Of a stretch of DNA of 64,000 nucleotides, positions 23,825 through 37,022 are shown piece after piece. The DNA is from Nageia nagi (Eukaryota; Plantae; Pinophyta). The notes under the pieces were generated by a model. That model saw only the letters and a program-made list of their open reading frames with translations. It searched no databases and had not been told where the DNA came from. The position numbers and the translations under genes are program-made. Numbering within the stretch: position 1 is the stretch's first letter; each line of letters starts with the position of its first letter. The stretch is taken from positions 11,656,001-11,720,000 of the forward strand of contig JBITNC010000002.1 of assembly GCA_050084985.1 (NCBI GenBank). Direction: 5' to 3'.

Positions 23825-25497
23825 GTGGTATCAGAAAACTGAATCCTCCCAACTTGTGAAGGATTTGAAAAATGGAAATTCCTTAAGAACAATTGAATTC
23901 TATGGTTAATTTGCTAGCTCAATTAGTCAACAAAGTTGATGGGTTCTCTCAACCCCATCAAGGAATGATACAATCAACCATGCATGAAAAGAGGATGTCG
24001 CCCACTTATCACCTACATTCTTGCAAGAGAAAGAAAGAAACAAAAGACAAGGCGATGATATGGATGATTATTTCGCACAATACCAAGAAAAAAGTTATGA
24101 ATTTAGACAAATAATTTCATTTGAGGGATATTTGAAGTTTTTTGGGAAGAATATTAACCAAGGAAGCAAGTACTATAAGTAATCGCAAGTGCCCATGTTC
24201 AATGGAAGCAACATGATCATCAAAGTATGACTACAAAAGATGAGAACATAATTCTGTTAAAAACCATAATCTTATTATGGTATTTGTAAATATTTAGAAA
24301 TTAGACATGTGTCAATGACAAGTGTCATTTGAAGTTAGCTAGAGAAATTTTAGCTTAGTGCTTAGGCAGGTAAATTAGTTAGGATGAGGTGTACACTTAG
24401 TTGCACCATTTTAGGAGTTTGTTAGTTAACCACTTTTGTGGTCTATATATTGTAAATTATTCTTGAGTTAATATAACAATCTTGGATTTTTATGATCCAT
24501 TCCTGCATTGGTATCAGAGCAAGGAATTTGGAAAACTCCATGCAAATTCATCACTGTAGTTTGCTATGATTTCTAGTAGCATTTTGTTTTGGAGTCTTGG
24601 TTGCTGAGTTTTATCAATTCGTGGCTCCTCTCCAGCAAAAATCGTGATGTCCTCCTCTACTGCAGAAATTATGCTGTAGATGCAAAATTTGTGGCTGGAC
24701 ATCGTTGCTTGACTATTCTGGTTCTATGGTGGTTGTTGTTCTCCTTGGAGACTGATGAAACCCCCTCCAACAGCTCATGTGCATGTATTAAGGATTATGG
24801 GCATCTGACGTCTACTGCTTCCTTGGAGGAGTGTATTTTCTAGCCCTCAATTGGACCCATTTCGTAGCCCATATTTGTAGTTAATTGTGCCATTATGGGC
24901 TCCAACCTAACGTGACTGCTATCATGGGTAGCCTGATGATATTCGTAGCCCTCTAGTGATAAGAATCTTCTGTTGCTTGTTGTTCGTCCTGCTGGATGTG
25001 CGTGAGGTGTCTTCTGCTGCTATCATTTGGATTCCTGCTGTACTTTTGCTATAGTTTGTAGCCCTCCAGACACCTCCTTCAGACGTGGCCCCTCTCTTAC
25101 ATTTGCTAGATGTGAAGAGTGGTGCCTGTTGTTTATTGTAGACTTGGCTATAGCAGAACATGGGTTGACTGCTTCCAGATGTAACATGGGTTTTTCGGAT
25201 GAGTGCCAGACTAGTCTCCTGGCTAAAAACTTTGCTCATGGGAAACGTGGCGCATTTGTTTCACTGTAGAAATTTGTGGAAGATTTCATGAGCTATTTGT
25301 AGCAGTTCTTGCAGATTTTGTGAGCATCATTTGACGTCTCTGCATTTTTTGTGGATCCAGTTCGTTGCTACCTGTAGCCTGCATTTTTTGGTACTCCAAA
25401 TATTTAATTGCAAATTTTATATTTGGGTATATTTAAATATTTAAATTTATTAAATATTTTAATTTTATATTAAAATATTTTTTAATTTTCAAATATT

Positions 25498-26031
25498 TTG
25501 GCAATGATACGATCTACCGGATGTCATGCCATTCTTATGAATATACTTGAAAATGAAAATCCTAAAAACTTTGATGAAGAAGTAAGAGTGTACGGTATTG
25601 ATACTGTTCTTCAAGATCTCAAAAATATAGTCATTCAATACCAACAAATTATTCTTCCTGACGTACACTATGATGGTGATTTTGAAGACAACGAGTACTT
25701 TGATAGTGCTCCATTTCCTAGTGAAGAATACGAGCCTGAGGAGATTGCAAAAAATTCAATTGAGGAATACACAACAACACCACAGCCACCTGAGATCATC
25801 ATCATCAGCGATAGTGATGAGTATACTCCAGCAGTTGCACCAGTTGATCAAAGTTTTAATCTCAATATTCTAGCCTCCGAGTCAGATTCAGGATTCTGGA
25901 TATCTTCAACTGCACCAGTTGAAGAAAGAGAGAGAGATAACTTTGATCCTGATTATATCCATCCACCAATGGTCATTGAGCAACATATTCGTGAATGCAC
26001 CAATCGCATGTGGATCGATTTAGACTTGTAA
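25498..26031 (+). CDS. Intact acidic accessory ORF upstream of copia gag, function unknown
   Basis: 177-codon open frame (first ATG at 25504) between the leader and gag. D/E-rich, contains EIIIISDSDE and ends in WIDLDL. Confidence 0.5.
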   Translation: MAMIRSTGCHAILMNILENENPKNFDEEVRVYGIDTVLQDLKNIVIQYQQIILPDVHYDGDFEDNEYFDSAPFPSEEYEPEEIAKNSIEEYTTTPQPPEIIIISDSDEYTPAVAPVDQSFNLNILASESDSGFWISSTAPVEERERDNFDPDYIHPPMVIEQHIRECTNRMWIDLDL

Positions 26032-26150
26032 ATTTCTATATTTGACATCATCTTGCTCTATTTTGCCTTGTTTGAGCAAAGATTGTTTATATTTCAAATA
26101 TAGTAAATTATCTACTTCTTTTGTGACTTTGCAACTTTTCATCTTACAAA

Positions 26151-29100
26151 ATGCATTCCTTAGTCAGCATTATTGGGGTTGTTTTGGCTGGTCAAAACAA
26201 TTGGTCAGAATGGTATAGGAAGATAAAAAATACGCTCATCTTCAATGACTTTTGGGAAGGTATATGCGATGGAAAAACCAAACCCATCAAACCAACTGAT
26301 GACAAAGAGCTCATGGTTTGGAACATGAAGAATTGCAAAGCGTATGCTCTAATAGCTGCTTCTATATCTGAAGAAGTCAATTGACATATTAATTCAATTG
26401 ATGATGCTTGGAGTGCACTAGAAAAGTTAAAAGAGTTGTATGACTCTCATTCAGTGTTGGAACTCATCCAACTTCAGTTAAAGCTCTTCAATTTGCAGTT
26501 GCAGAATAATGATCCCATAGCACTTATTTTAGAAATCAATGCAATAATGTATGATATCGAGGCTACAGGTGTTGAAATTGATATTTCTCTTGCAACCTTG
26601 ATCAAAGCTCTCTATCCCACATACTTAACTTATCTTGAATCACTTCAAGCGAGTGGACAATTAGCCACCCTCACCTTCAAAACTTTGTCAGAAAAGATTG
26701 CAGAGCATGAAAAAGCTTTTGGAAAGAAGACCAATGATGCTTTAGATATTATTTACAATGCTCAGTCAGAGAAGAATGATGCTTCTTATGTAGATAGTAG
26801 CAATAGAGGTCATGGTCGGAAAAATTTCAGAGGCAGAGGAGGTAGAAATCAAGGAGGTCGTGGAGATAAAAGGGAGAAGTCAAATTTATATTGCACTCGA
26901 TGCGATAGAAAAGGCCATGAAGCTGCTACATGTCGCATTCCATGGGAGAAAATTGTTGAAAAGAAAGAGCAACAAGGTGATTAGAGTAATAACTCTGCAT
27001 CTGCTCATTTTGTTACAGCTGAATGTAACATTGGTCTTAGTGACCTAATGAATACTTCATATGCATCATGGGAAGATGCATGGTTGCTTGATATGGGAGC
27101 AACATGTCATATGACTTTCAGGAGGGATTTCTATGAATAATTGAATGAAGATATTGATGGTGCAGTCTACTTTGCAGATCGATCAAAACTTAAGCCATAT
27201 GGAATTGGCTCAATCAGGCTTAAACTACCAAGATTTCTAGATTTTGTGCTTCAAAATGTACTTTATCTTCCAGAATTGAGGAGAAATTTACTTTCCCTTG
27301 TTCTTGTTCGACAACAAGGACATACCATCCATATGTTCGATGGTAAGGTGGAAATACGACAATCTAAGTTGTGATGCTTGGTTTGGAAGATGGAAAGCTA
27401 TTGAAACTCACTGGTGCTTCTGTTCAATCGAAGGAATTTGCATTCCTTACACATTAAGAAAAAGGTACACTTCCCTCAAGTCTTTTGTGGCATGCTAGAT
27501 TTGGGCACCTTAATTTTGATGACCTACGTCTTTTAAAGAAATGAGGTTTTAGTGGTTTGCCTACAATACCTATGAACATTGCCCCTTGTGAGGCATGTAT
27601 CCTAGGAAAGCACCACAAGCAACTGTTTATAAATTCCTAATGGAGAGCCACTAGAAAACTTGAACTAGTTCATTCCGATTTGTGTGGTCCATTTTTTGTA
27701 CCTTCTATAGCTGGTAATAGATATATTATGACATTCATTGATGATTATTCTAGGATGTCTTGGGTTTATTTCTTAAAACATAAGTCTAAAGCTTTTTCCA
27801 AATTCAAAGACTTTCATGTAAGTATTGGAAATGAAGCTCATACTCGTATAGGTATCCTTCGTTCAGATAATGGGGGGGAATATACTTCAAATGACTTCAA
27901 ATCTTACTTACACCAACATGGGATTAAACATCAGACTATTGTTCCCTATAACCCACAACAAAATGGGGTTGCTGAAAGATTGAACAGAACTCTATTGAAC
28001 ATGGCCCGTGCAATGATATTCTTCAAGAATGTCAAAATTATGTTTTGGGGTGATGCAGTTCAATGTGCTATTTATTTGAGAAATAGATCTCCTTCTCATG
28101 CTCTCAAAGATAAGACTCCATTTGAAATGTGGTTTGGTCGTATTCCTTCTGTACGTCATCTTAAGATCTTTAGTTCCACCTATTATGCACTCATACCTAA
28201 GGAACAATGAAGCAAGCTTGAAGCTAGGAGTCGAAAGTGTATTTTCTTGGGCTATTTAGACACTACCAAGGGATACAAGCTTTATGATGAGGTAAACAAG
28301 AAGTTTCTCTTTGCAAGAGACGTTATCTTTCTTGAATTTTCCAAAAGTGATAATACTGTTGAGCGGTAGATTGATCATCTTGATAAGTTTACCCATGGAA
28401 AGCATTATTTTGAAAAAGATTATGAAATTCCAAATCTTGAGGGGGAATTCCTATATTGGATCCAAATTTGGAATTTTTACCATTTGTTCATGAAGAACAA
28501 GCACCAAGAGTACCTCCTCTACTAGGTTTTCTCTAGTTCATCGGTGCCAGTATCTGAGCATTAGTTAGATGAAGTAATTCAAGGAATTGGTCAATTAAGT
28601 CTTGATGGAAGTGAAGCTCCATATCAGCTCAGTGATCAACCAGAATCATCTCAGAGAATTCCAATATGGGCCCAAAAAAAACTTGAAAGTGTTCGTCCTA
28701 ATGAAATTGGAAAGATAGGAACTTGAAGTTCCTACCAGACAAGACAAGAAAGTGGAGCAGTAGAAGATTCAATTTCAGGTGATGAATATTCTTTTGATAT
28801 GAAATTGAATTGTTCTGCTGATTTTGAACCAACTTATTTTAAAGAAGCTATTTCTCATGATGCTTGGAAAGAAGCTATGAAGAAAGAGTATGATGCTCTC
28901 ATCAAGAATGGGACATGGAAGTTGGTAGATCCACAATATGGAATCAGACCTATTGGATGCAAGTGGGTTTACCAGAACAAGTATAAATCAGATGGCTCAC
29001 TTGATAAAAACAAAGCGAGGCTTGTTGCAAAAGCTTTTGCACAAAGAGAAGGCATTGACTATGATGAGACTTTTGCTCCTACAGCTAAATGGGCTACCAT

Positions 29101-30364
29101 TTGTACTTCATTGATAATGGCAGCTCAACATAAGTGGAAGGTTCATCAAATGGATGTAAAGATAGCTTTCCTGAATGGTGATCTAAAAGAGAATGTTTAC
29201 ATGACACAGCTTGAGGGATTTGCAGTTAAAGGTCAAGAGCATAAGGTATGCAAACTTATCAAGTCATTGTATGGATTGAAGCAAGCTCCTCGTGCATGGT
29301 ATGAAAAGTTCACTGAATATCTTTTAAAGTTAAAATTCAAGCACTACAACCTTAATGATGCAACTTTGTTTGTTAAGAAATTTGGCAACACTGTTTTATA
29401 TCTAGTGGTGTATGTAGATGATCTATTGATTACAAGGAATAATGAGAGATATATAGCATCTGTGAAACAGGAATTGAAGAAAGGATTTGAAATGACAGAT
29501 ATGGGCCTGCTTCACTACTACTTGGGTGTTGAAGTAAATCAAACACCAAGTTACATATTTATTTCCCAAAAGAAGTACATTGGAGAATTGTTGAATAAAT
29601 TTAGTATGGAAGATTGCAATCCTCTCTCTACTCCAATGGAACAAAATTTGAAGTTGAAATCAGTTAAGGGAAATCAATTTGAGGATGCTACTAAATTCAA
29701 ACAGTTGATAGGAAGTCTCATTTATCTAACCACAACTAGACCAGATATTTCATTCATGGTTGGAATTCTTTCTCGATTTATGCACACACCTTGTGAAGGT
29801 CATTGGCTAGTAGCGAAGAGAGTTCTTCGATATTTGAAAGGAACTCAAGATTATGGGCTAACATATTCCAAGGTTAGAGACTTCAAACTGGTTGAATATT
29901 CTGATTCAGACTTTATTGGTGATAAGGAAAATGGAGTTTCAACTTCAGGATATCTTATGAGTCTTGGATCAGCTACTATTTCTTGGAGATCAAGAAAATA
30001 GACTATTCCAGCAGATTCCACTACTAAGGCAAAATATGTGGTTGCAACAGAAGCAACAAAAGAAATTGTGTGGCTTAGGAAAATACTAGAAGATTTGCAG
30101 GAGAAACAAGTGCTTCCAACTCCACTGTTAATCGATAATACTTCTGCAATCAAATTGGCCAAGAATCTAAAGTTTCATGATTGAACAAAACATATCAATA
30201 CAAAGTATCATTTGATTCAACATCATGTAGAGGCCAAGACAATTTGGGTGAAACATTGTTCCACTGAAGAACAAATTGTAGACATCTTCACCAAGGCGCT
30301 TGGAAGAGAAAAGTTCGAGAAATTTAGATCAATGCTTGGACTTACAAATACCCCTTCAGATTAA
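26151..30364 (+). pseudogene. copia gag-pol with multiple stops and frameshifts
   Basis: Zinc knuckle CTRCDRKGHEAATC, protease WLLDMGATCHM, integrase FIDDYSR…SDNGGEY…PQQNGVAER, RT KARLVAK…LYGLKQAPRAW…YVDDLL, RNase H …DIFTKAL. Confidence 0.93.
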
Positions 30365-33300
30365 GGGGGGGAATGTTAAAAACCATAATCTTATTATGGT
30401 ATTTGTAAATATTTAGAAATTAGACATGTGTCAATGACAAGTGTCATTTGAAGTTAGCTAGAGAAATTTTAGCTTAGTGCTTAGGCAGGTAAATTAGTTA
30501 GGATGAGGTGTACACTTAGTTGCACCATTTTAGGAGTTTGTTAGTTAACCACTTTTGTGGTCTATATATTGTAAATTATTCTTGAGTTAATATAACAATC
30601 TTGGAGTTTTATGATCCATTCCTGCAAATTCTCCCTCTATCCAATGAATGATAAGGATGTAATTTAGTATGCTTCACTCCACCTTGAAGGTATTACACAT
30701 GAATGGTGGTACAATGGCCTTACCATTTGGGCCTTATAGACATCATCACTTTCGAAGACTTTAACCAAAATATCTATGAGCATTTTGAGAAAAAGAATGG
30801 GGAGAATGGAGAAGAAGAGTAGCTCGAATCAAATGAAGAAAATACCCTATCTCATAAGGTATGTATGATGAAATTCCAAAATGATTTTATGGATATGCAT
30901 ACAACTACTATTGATAATATTGAGCACGAGGAAAAGAACAAAATAATGGCTCTAATAGACCAATCTAATGAAATTTCTATGGTTATTGAAATTGATGACA
31001 TAATTGGGATCATCAATACACCCTTGAAGGAAGAATGTAATGAAAGAAAAGATAACATCTTACTGCAATAATATGACTTAGTTCATAATACTTGTGTAGG
31101 AACTATGACAAGCAAATACAATGTGCCAAGTCTAGAAGTTGACACTAAATAAAGAGTATCATAATATCAACATGGTGGACCCATTCTTGAGAATAATTTG
31201 AAGAGGTTTTAAAGGGATGCACCAACTATGGATTCTTCTTGGTACTTTTTAAAGTTATGGACCAACCAAATTACCACTCATAAAAGGCACTACAACACTT
31301 CTATTTTTGTAGTAGTACACTTAGCATAAAGGAAACCCAAGGGCACACATTTAGGGTACTACAACATCTCTGATTTCTCTACCAGTATACTAAGTTTAAT
31401 TAGCACCTCATCTTGGGATGTATTGGAAATAGAATATGAACTAATGAAATACCAAGTTAAAAGACCACTTCATACAACGGTACCAAAGAGCATTCCTCAT
31501 AACCATGGTGGGGATGATAGCATGATCAAATAAATAAATCAAGCTTCTACATTCAAATTTTGGGCAACAACATATGATAACTCCAAAAAGGAATGGTTGT
31601 ACCATATATTTTTATAACAACAGTACACTATGTTTCATTTCCTTCCTTTAGGTTGCAATGATGAGAGTTAATAGTTTGATGAAGTTAGGAGTTAGCAAGC
31701 CCACATTTCTTGGTACAATTAAGCTCACTTGTAGGGATGCCCTCCATATCCCACTCTGCAAAATTGATGGCATGGTTAGAAAGAAAAAAATTGATCCCAT
31801 TACTACACTAAGTTTATGGACAACGTTAAGGAACAATGATGATGAAGTGTGTGGATCAACCCTTTCTTAGCCCATACATTGAGTTTAATGATGGATGAAA
31901 TTCACATTCTGATTTGCTTCAGTATTTCAAATCCATGGATGAAGATATGACAATCGATGAAAGGAAATTTTGGACCACTAGTATTTTCATGACAAGAGTG
32001 GAAGAAGAAGACACTTATGGGGAAATATGTGGACCCCTAGAGATTTGTTCCATTCTCAAGTAAGCTTTGGAGTATTTTGAATGGGCTATCATACTTGTAG
32101 AAGCACCTAAACATTATTTAAAATCATGTTTCAGCCATAATCATGATTTTATGAGATATGATTTCTATAACCATGCCTTGGTTACATTGGAACATGGTGA
32201 AAATAAAGGTATTTTCTTGTTGAGCATAGTCACATTATTGGTTATACATGGGACTGCACTATTAAATTTTACTGTTACAATATATGAAAGGATAAATAGA
32301 ACTACAATTATTGAGATGATAGACGTGGAAACATTAGGGGAGTTGAGGCTTTGTTTTAACTTATCTAGTTCCCCAAATAAGATTGAATCATGTGGAACAA
32401 AGTTAATGGAAATCTTGACTTCATATGGGTTGGTTGGTATGATAATAAGGTTTGCACATCGCATGAGGCTTAATATATTGGTAATCACTATATTTTATGT
32501 GTTAAGTCACACTATTACATCACATAGATTCCCAATTTTAGGGAAGCATTGCATGAGGATTGAATTTGCTTATTTTAAAAAATGTGGAAGAATGTTTTTC
32601 ATGATGATAAAGAATGTTTTTCTTGTTAAGTTTAGAACTGAGTTTGTTTTAGAGAAAAAGGTTGTATATGGTTATGGGGATGATGCCTCTCACTCCATCA
32701 ATTCCTTTTGTGTAGATGTATTTTCTATTATTGCGAGGTTTGCTTAATTTTATCATTATGTAGCAATAAAGAAAGAAAGAAACTTGAGTTTGGGTAACAT
32801 CCAAGGGCAACCTTTAATGATAAAAATCAGTCCTAACGTCCACACACATATGGGGAAGTAACATAGTTGGTTTCGATAACAACTTATTGAGTATGATTTC
32901 ATCTCTTTAGTCTCTACTCAAATTTGAATACAAACACATAAACATTTTTCCACAAGGTTATTCCATGCAACAAATAAAAGGAATAGCAGTACTCATAGAG
33001 TTGGCAGTAGTATCTCCAAGGTTAGAGAAGATAAAAAATAATTGCAAATAGCAAGGGATATCCTAAGCATCATATCTGATTTTTGTGATAGTATTATAAA
33101 ATACAAAGAGCACATTTTAGGGGCGAAACTTTGTGATTGACATGTATTCAAGTTTAGGATAGCCAAGTATGATGATACGAAGGGTTCACAACATGATCAA
33201 GAAGACCATACCAATTCAACTAATGAATCTTGTTGATGTTGCAAATCAAGGTATACATTATCAAGTATTTTATCTAAAGTTTATAGATACCAAATTTGCA

Positions 33301-33925
33301 TCACTTCTCTATGGTTTATGCATAATCAAGTTCAGTTTAGTTTGGAAGAAGATTGTTGTGTATCAAAAGATAGAGTTTGTGGACTCAAATATTAGTCCAC
33401 TATTGACTGATTTATACATAGTTTAAGTTAAACTTAGCCTGTCAAAGTACAATACAGTTTACAAAAGAGATCAAGCATCAAGTATTAATTTAGGGGAAGC
33501 ATTTGAGAGGTATTTTCCCAACATTATCATCCTCAAATCAGTCTTATCTATCAGCAAGAAAACTCAAGCAAACACTTTTTTAGTCATAATTCTTCATGAT
33601 TTGAGAGCAACAAGATGTTAGGACCTACTTGGAAGTAATGCACAAGGTTTGAGGTTGGGAATGGATGCATCATCAACAACATTTATTGTGTCTACTTCAT
33701 GGAACAATTGCCTCATTACTTATGTTCTTTTGAAATCAACTAATAACTATTTTGAGAAGTATTTTGATAGTTTGCAAGCACACTTAAAGGATATTCATGG
33801 AATCAAGTAACACTTGGTACACTTGGATAATTTGTTGTACTTGAAGAAAAAGCAAGAGGACAAGTATCACTTTGGGATGTGTTTGTAATTGCTTGAGGGC
33901 AAGCAATTTGAGGAGGGCTAGGACT

Positions 33926-35081
33926 TGTAAGATCCCCAATTTTGAGAAACCTTGTTGAAGGTCTAAATTTCGTCACAACTCATGGATCATCAATTTATCT
34001 TTTGGAAGGTATAGAGAATCTCATGCCAAGTAGTTTCACGGGTCACAAAACATTATTCCATCAAGAAGCAAGAAAGATATGGATGTTTGAAAATTTATCC
34101 TTGAAGCCAATTTCTAGTATCACATGCATGGGATCCAATTTATTAATATTGTATTTAGTATCATTTGTGACACTTATAATTAATGGTCTATCCCTATGAG
34201 GGGTATTATGATCTAATTATATTTATATTAGGAGTCTTTATTATTTTATAATAAAAGTGGGCCATGTTTTATAATAAGAAAATAGAGTATTCCTTAGTTG
34301 CCCAACATCTAACTTAGGAGGAGTCATTTAACAATTAAGAGTTATTTATATTTTTGGGTTGGGTCGGCCAACCACAAATTAGAATTGGACTTATATAAAT
34401 GGGAAGTAAGCACCTTATTTTAAGACATCTTGTGCATTCAATATTGGATCATTTGGAGCTTAGGGATGCTTCCCTTCTCTACCTATTAGGGCTTATGGCT
34501 ACTTCCTAGCCTAGAAGTGGTCCATCTACACTTACACATCTCTTGGAGAGATTGCTCCTACCATTCTTACTACTTAGGAGCTTGCACCACCCATTGGGAG
34601 TCATCTTGAGACTTGTGCCTAGCATGGGAGCCTTCTTGGGACTTACATTAGCATTGAGAAGTATAGGTTGAGCATTTTGAAGTCTTGGGCTTTGCCCTAG
34701 AACATATTACAAGCTAATTACATCCCTCCACTTATTCTTGATTGATTATTCATGATACTATCTCTCATATTGCGTCTCAAATGTGAATGAATGTTCCTAT
34801 ATATTTTTGTTATGCTACTATCTTCTTTATGCATGGGAATCTATACAAATTGAGTACTTTTTGGAGTTATATTTTTGTTATATAATAGATCTTATTTATG
34901 CCATAGTTTTGGTCATATTCACATGTTATAAGAGCTCTATATCAAATTTGGCTACTATTGTTATATTCTAATTTTGAGTGCATGTTTAGATGGTTAATGA
35001 GCATGTCCATTGATGCCCTAATTTATGAATAAATGTGGAATTGAATGCTAAATTAGATAAACCCTAGAAAGGTACACTACA
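33926..35081 (+). repeat. 3' LTR
   Basis: TGTAAGATCCCC…CACTACA. Confidence 0.9.
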
Positions 35082-35639
35082 TCATTAGATCCTCATTATG
35101 TTTTCATACATTTCTATCAATAATGACCCATCTTATATTTAGGAGGCTATCATAAACCTCATGCTAATTCATGTTATCTTGGTTAGCAGCAAGTTTGTTA
35201 GTCGATATTTGATATGTATTATACCACCAGTCATCACTTCATCATCATTAATATTATCATCAACATAATCATTACAATTGTTGTCAACCTCACAATGTCA
35301 TCACCCTAGTCGTCATTCTAGTAGGAGGATCTTGGGTGATCTCCCCAACCAACATCTTAATGGGAAGAACTTGGGAAAGATACCCAACCACCATACAATA
35401 AATGGGAAAGGGGTATGACATCCAAGTATCATAGTTCCAAGGTCAATGAGTACAAGCAAGGGTTCAATCCTTCTCTTGAGGGTGAGAGCAATGATGTTAT
35501 TTAGATCTCAACCTCTCACGAGGTTCAGGCTTGGGTGAAACTCTGTTGACAATGCATGGAGCATCATCGGGGTGATTGATAAGCTCCTATAGATGGTTTA
35601 CTTCTAGGCTAGATTTGGTAACTTAAACTTTAATATAAA

Positions 35640-36470
35640 ACCAAACATCATGAAAAATGACAAGCTTATTGGTAGGTAAAAAATCTGAAAGAAGGAATTT
35701 TCTCTAAAAAAACTATTTCTTTTCTATCTTTCCAAATGTGGTATAGAATACTAATTCTGAAAATCTTCCAAAATTCTTTAAGATACTAATAATAATGAAG
35801 AGGAGGGTATCATAGAATATTATGGAACAATTTAACAAATGGTGCAAAAAAGGTTTAAAGAAAGATTCCATCCACTCCCATGCCTTTTTGCCTTTACTAC
35901 AAAACCAAAATAAATGCATGGTTGATTCTTCTTCCCCACAAAAAGGACTAAACTAGACTTATTATATGAATATGAATTTGGGTGGTAATATTTTCCATGT
36001 TATTAAACCATATTGAGCATAAAAACCATGACAAAAATAGAAGTGATGAAGATAAGAAGCCTTCAAAAATTATTACAGCTAGAAAAGTGATCAAGATGGG
36101 AACTTTTTAAGCATTATCATAGAACCTTCATGAGATGGAGCTTTTTGTCAACTGTAATGTCTAAACTTTGAATCTTCAATTTATTATGCCCCTTTGACCA
36201 TGCTCTATCCTTGGAAAATTTTCAATAAATTGTGAACATATATCACTTGGTGACCTTTGATATAGTTTTTTTAATGCATTCTTGTCTTCTTTCTCTTCTC
36301 ATTTTTTAGCATGGAAGATATTTGTTGATCAAAATTTTGATTTGTATATACTTGAGTTATAATTTGGCATTCTCAATCCTAAGTTGTATATGTGCTAAAA
36401 GACTTTATTTGATGTTGATATGTGCAATCTCAAATTATTGACATGTTCATTCATTATAGTTTCTTGCTTG
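35640..36470 (-). mobile_element. L1-type LINE 3' remnant (zf-RVT region)
   Basis: CGEEESTMHLFWFCSKGKKAWEW and FWKIFRISILYHIWKDRKEIVF on the minus strand. Confidence 0.65.
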
Positions 36471-36814
36471 CAAACCTGTAAATAGGATAACATTGTAACC
36501 TAAGATCAAGTAGCACATAATATTATTCTCTTGAGTCTTTATATTTTTAGAAATGTGTAAAATCTAAATAGACCTTAACGTAACATTAAACCATAATAAA
36601 TAAGTCAAGATTTTTCATTTAAGGTATGATAAAATTTTTCATGTATTTCTAAGTCATCTAGACATGATTGATCAACAAGAAAGTGATTGTCAAACATGGG
36701 TGGGAATATGGTAATGGAATATAATGGGGAAGCCATGACACAAAAAGTTTGTTGAAGACATCATATTAACCAATGCGATATACCAAGTGGAAATCCCCAA
36801 GATCATTTTTAATA

Positions 36815-37022
36815 TTTTGTTTTTGGATTTTTGACATATGTTAATTTTTTTGGATTTTTTTTATATTTTGATTTTGTTTAGATTTTTGACACATTTTGAT
36901 TTTTTTTACATATTTTGATTTTTTTGGATTTTTGTTACATTTTAATTTTTTTTGGATTTTTAAGTTTTTTTAGATTTTTGACATATTTTGATTTTTTAAA
37001 TTTTGATATATGTTGATTTTTA
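36815..37022. repeat. T-rich tandem repeat, about 28-bp unit (GGATTTTTGACATATTTTGATTTTTT)
   Basis: About 7-8 degenerate copies in the 3' non-coding part of the Tat-like element. Confidence 0.75.

Larger units (their letters stand above)
24255..30626 (+). mobile_element. Full-length Ty1/copia retrotransposon
   Basis: 253-bp LTRs 24255-24507 and 30374-30626 with one mismatch seen, TSD AATTC, PBS TGGTATCAGAGC at 24509, PPT AAGGGGGGGAA, and gag-PR-INT-RT-RH order. Confidence 0.97.
22669..35081 (+). mobile_element. Non-autonomous Ty3/gypsy element (partial gag plus about 3 kb filler) hosting a nested copia
   Basis: LTRs 22669-23824 and 33926-35081 (1156 bp each), TSD TCATC/TCATT, PBS TGGTATCAGA at 23826. 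Gag (LQKMRT.FSL…YASLHLEGITHEWWYNG) is split by the copia. The 3' tail TTGCTTGAGGGCAAGCAATTT+PPT is homologous to 18908-18940. Confidence 0.9.
22486..35420 (+). mobile_element. Older LTR (TGTCACAC…GTATGACA) split by the 22669-35081 insertion
   Basis: Inverted termini at 22486 and 35420, followed by a degenerate PBS-like AAGTATCATAG. The two halves are 22486-22668 and 35082-35420. Confidence 0.4.

Noticed and set aside
32067-32747. 226-aa stand-alone membrane protein gene
   Set aside because: No recognisable domain and it lies inside an LTR element. Treated as part of the filler finding.
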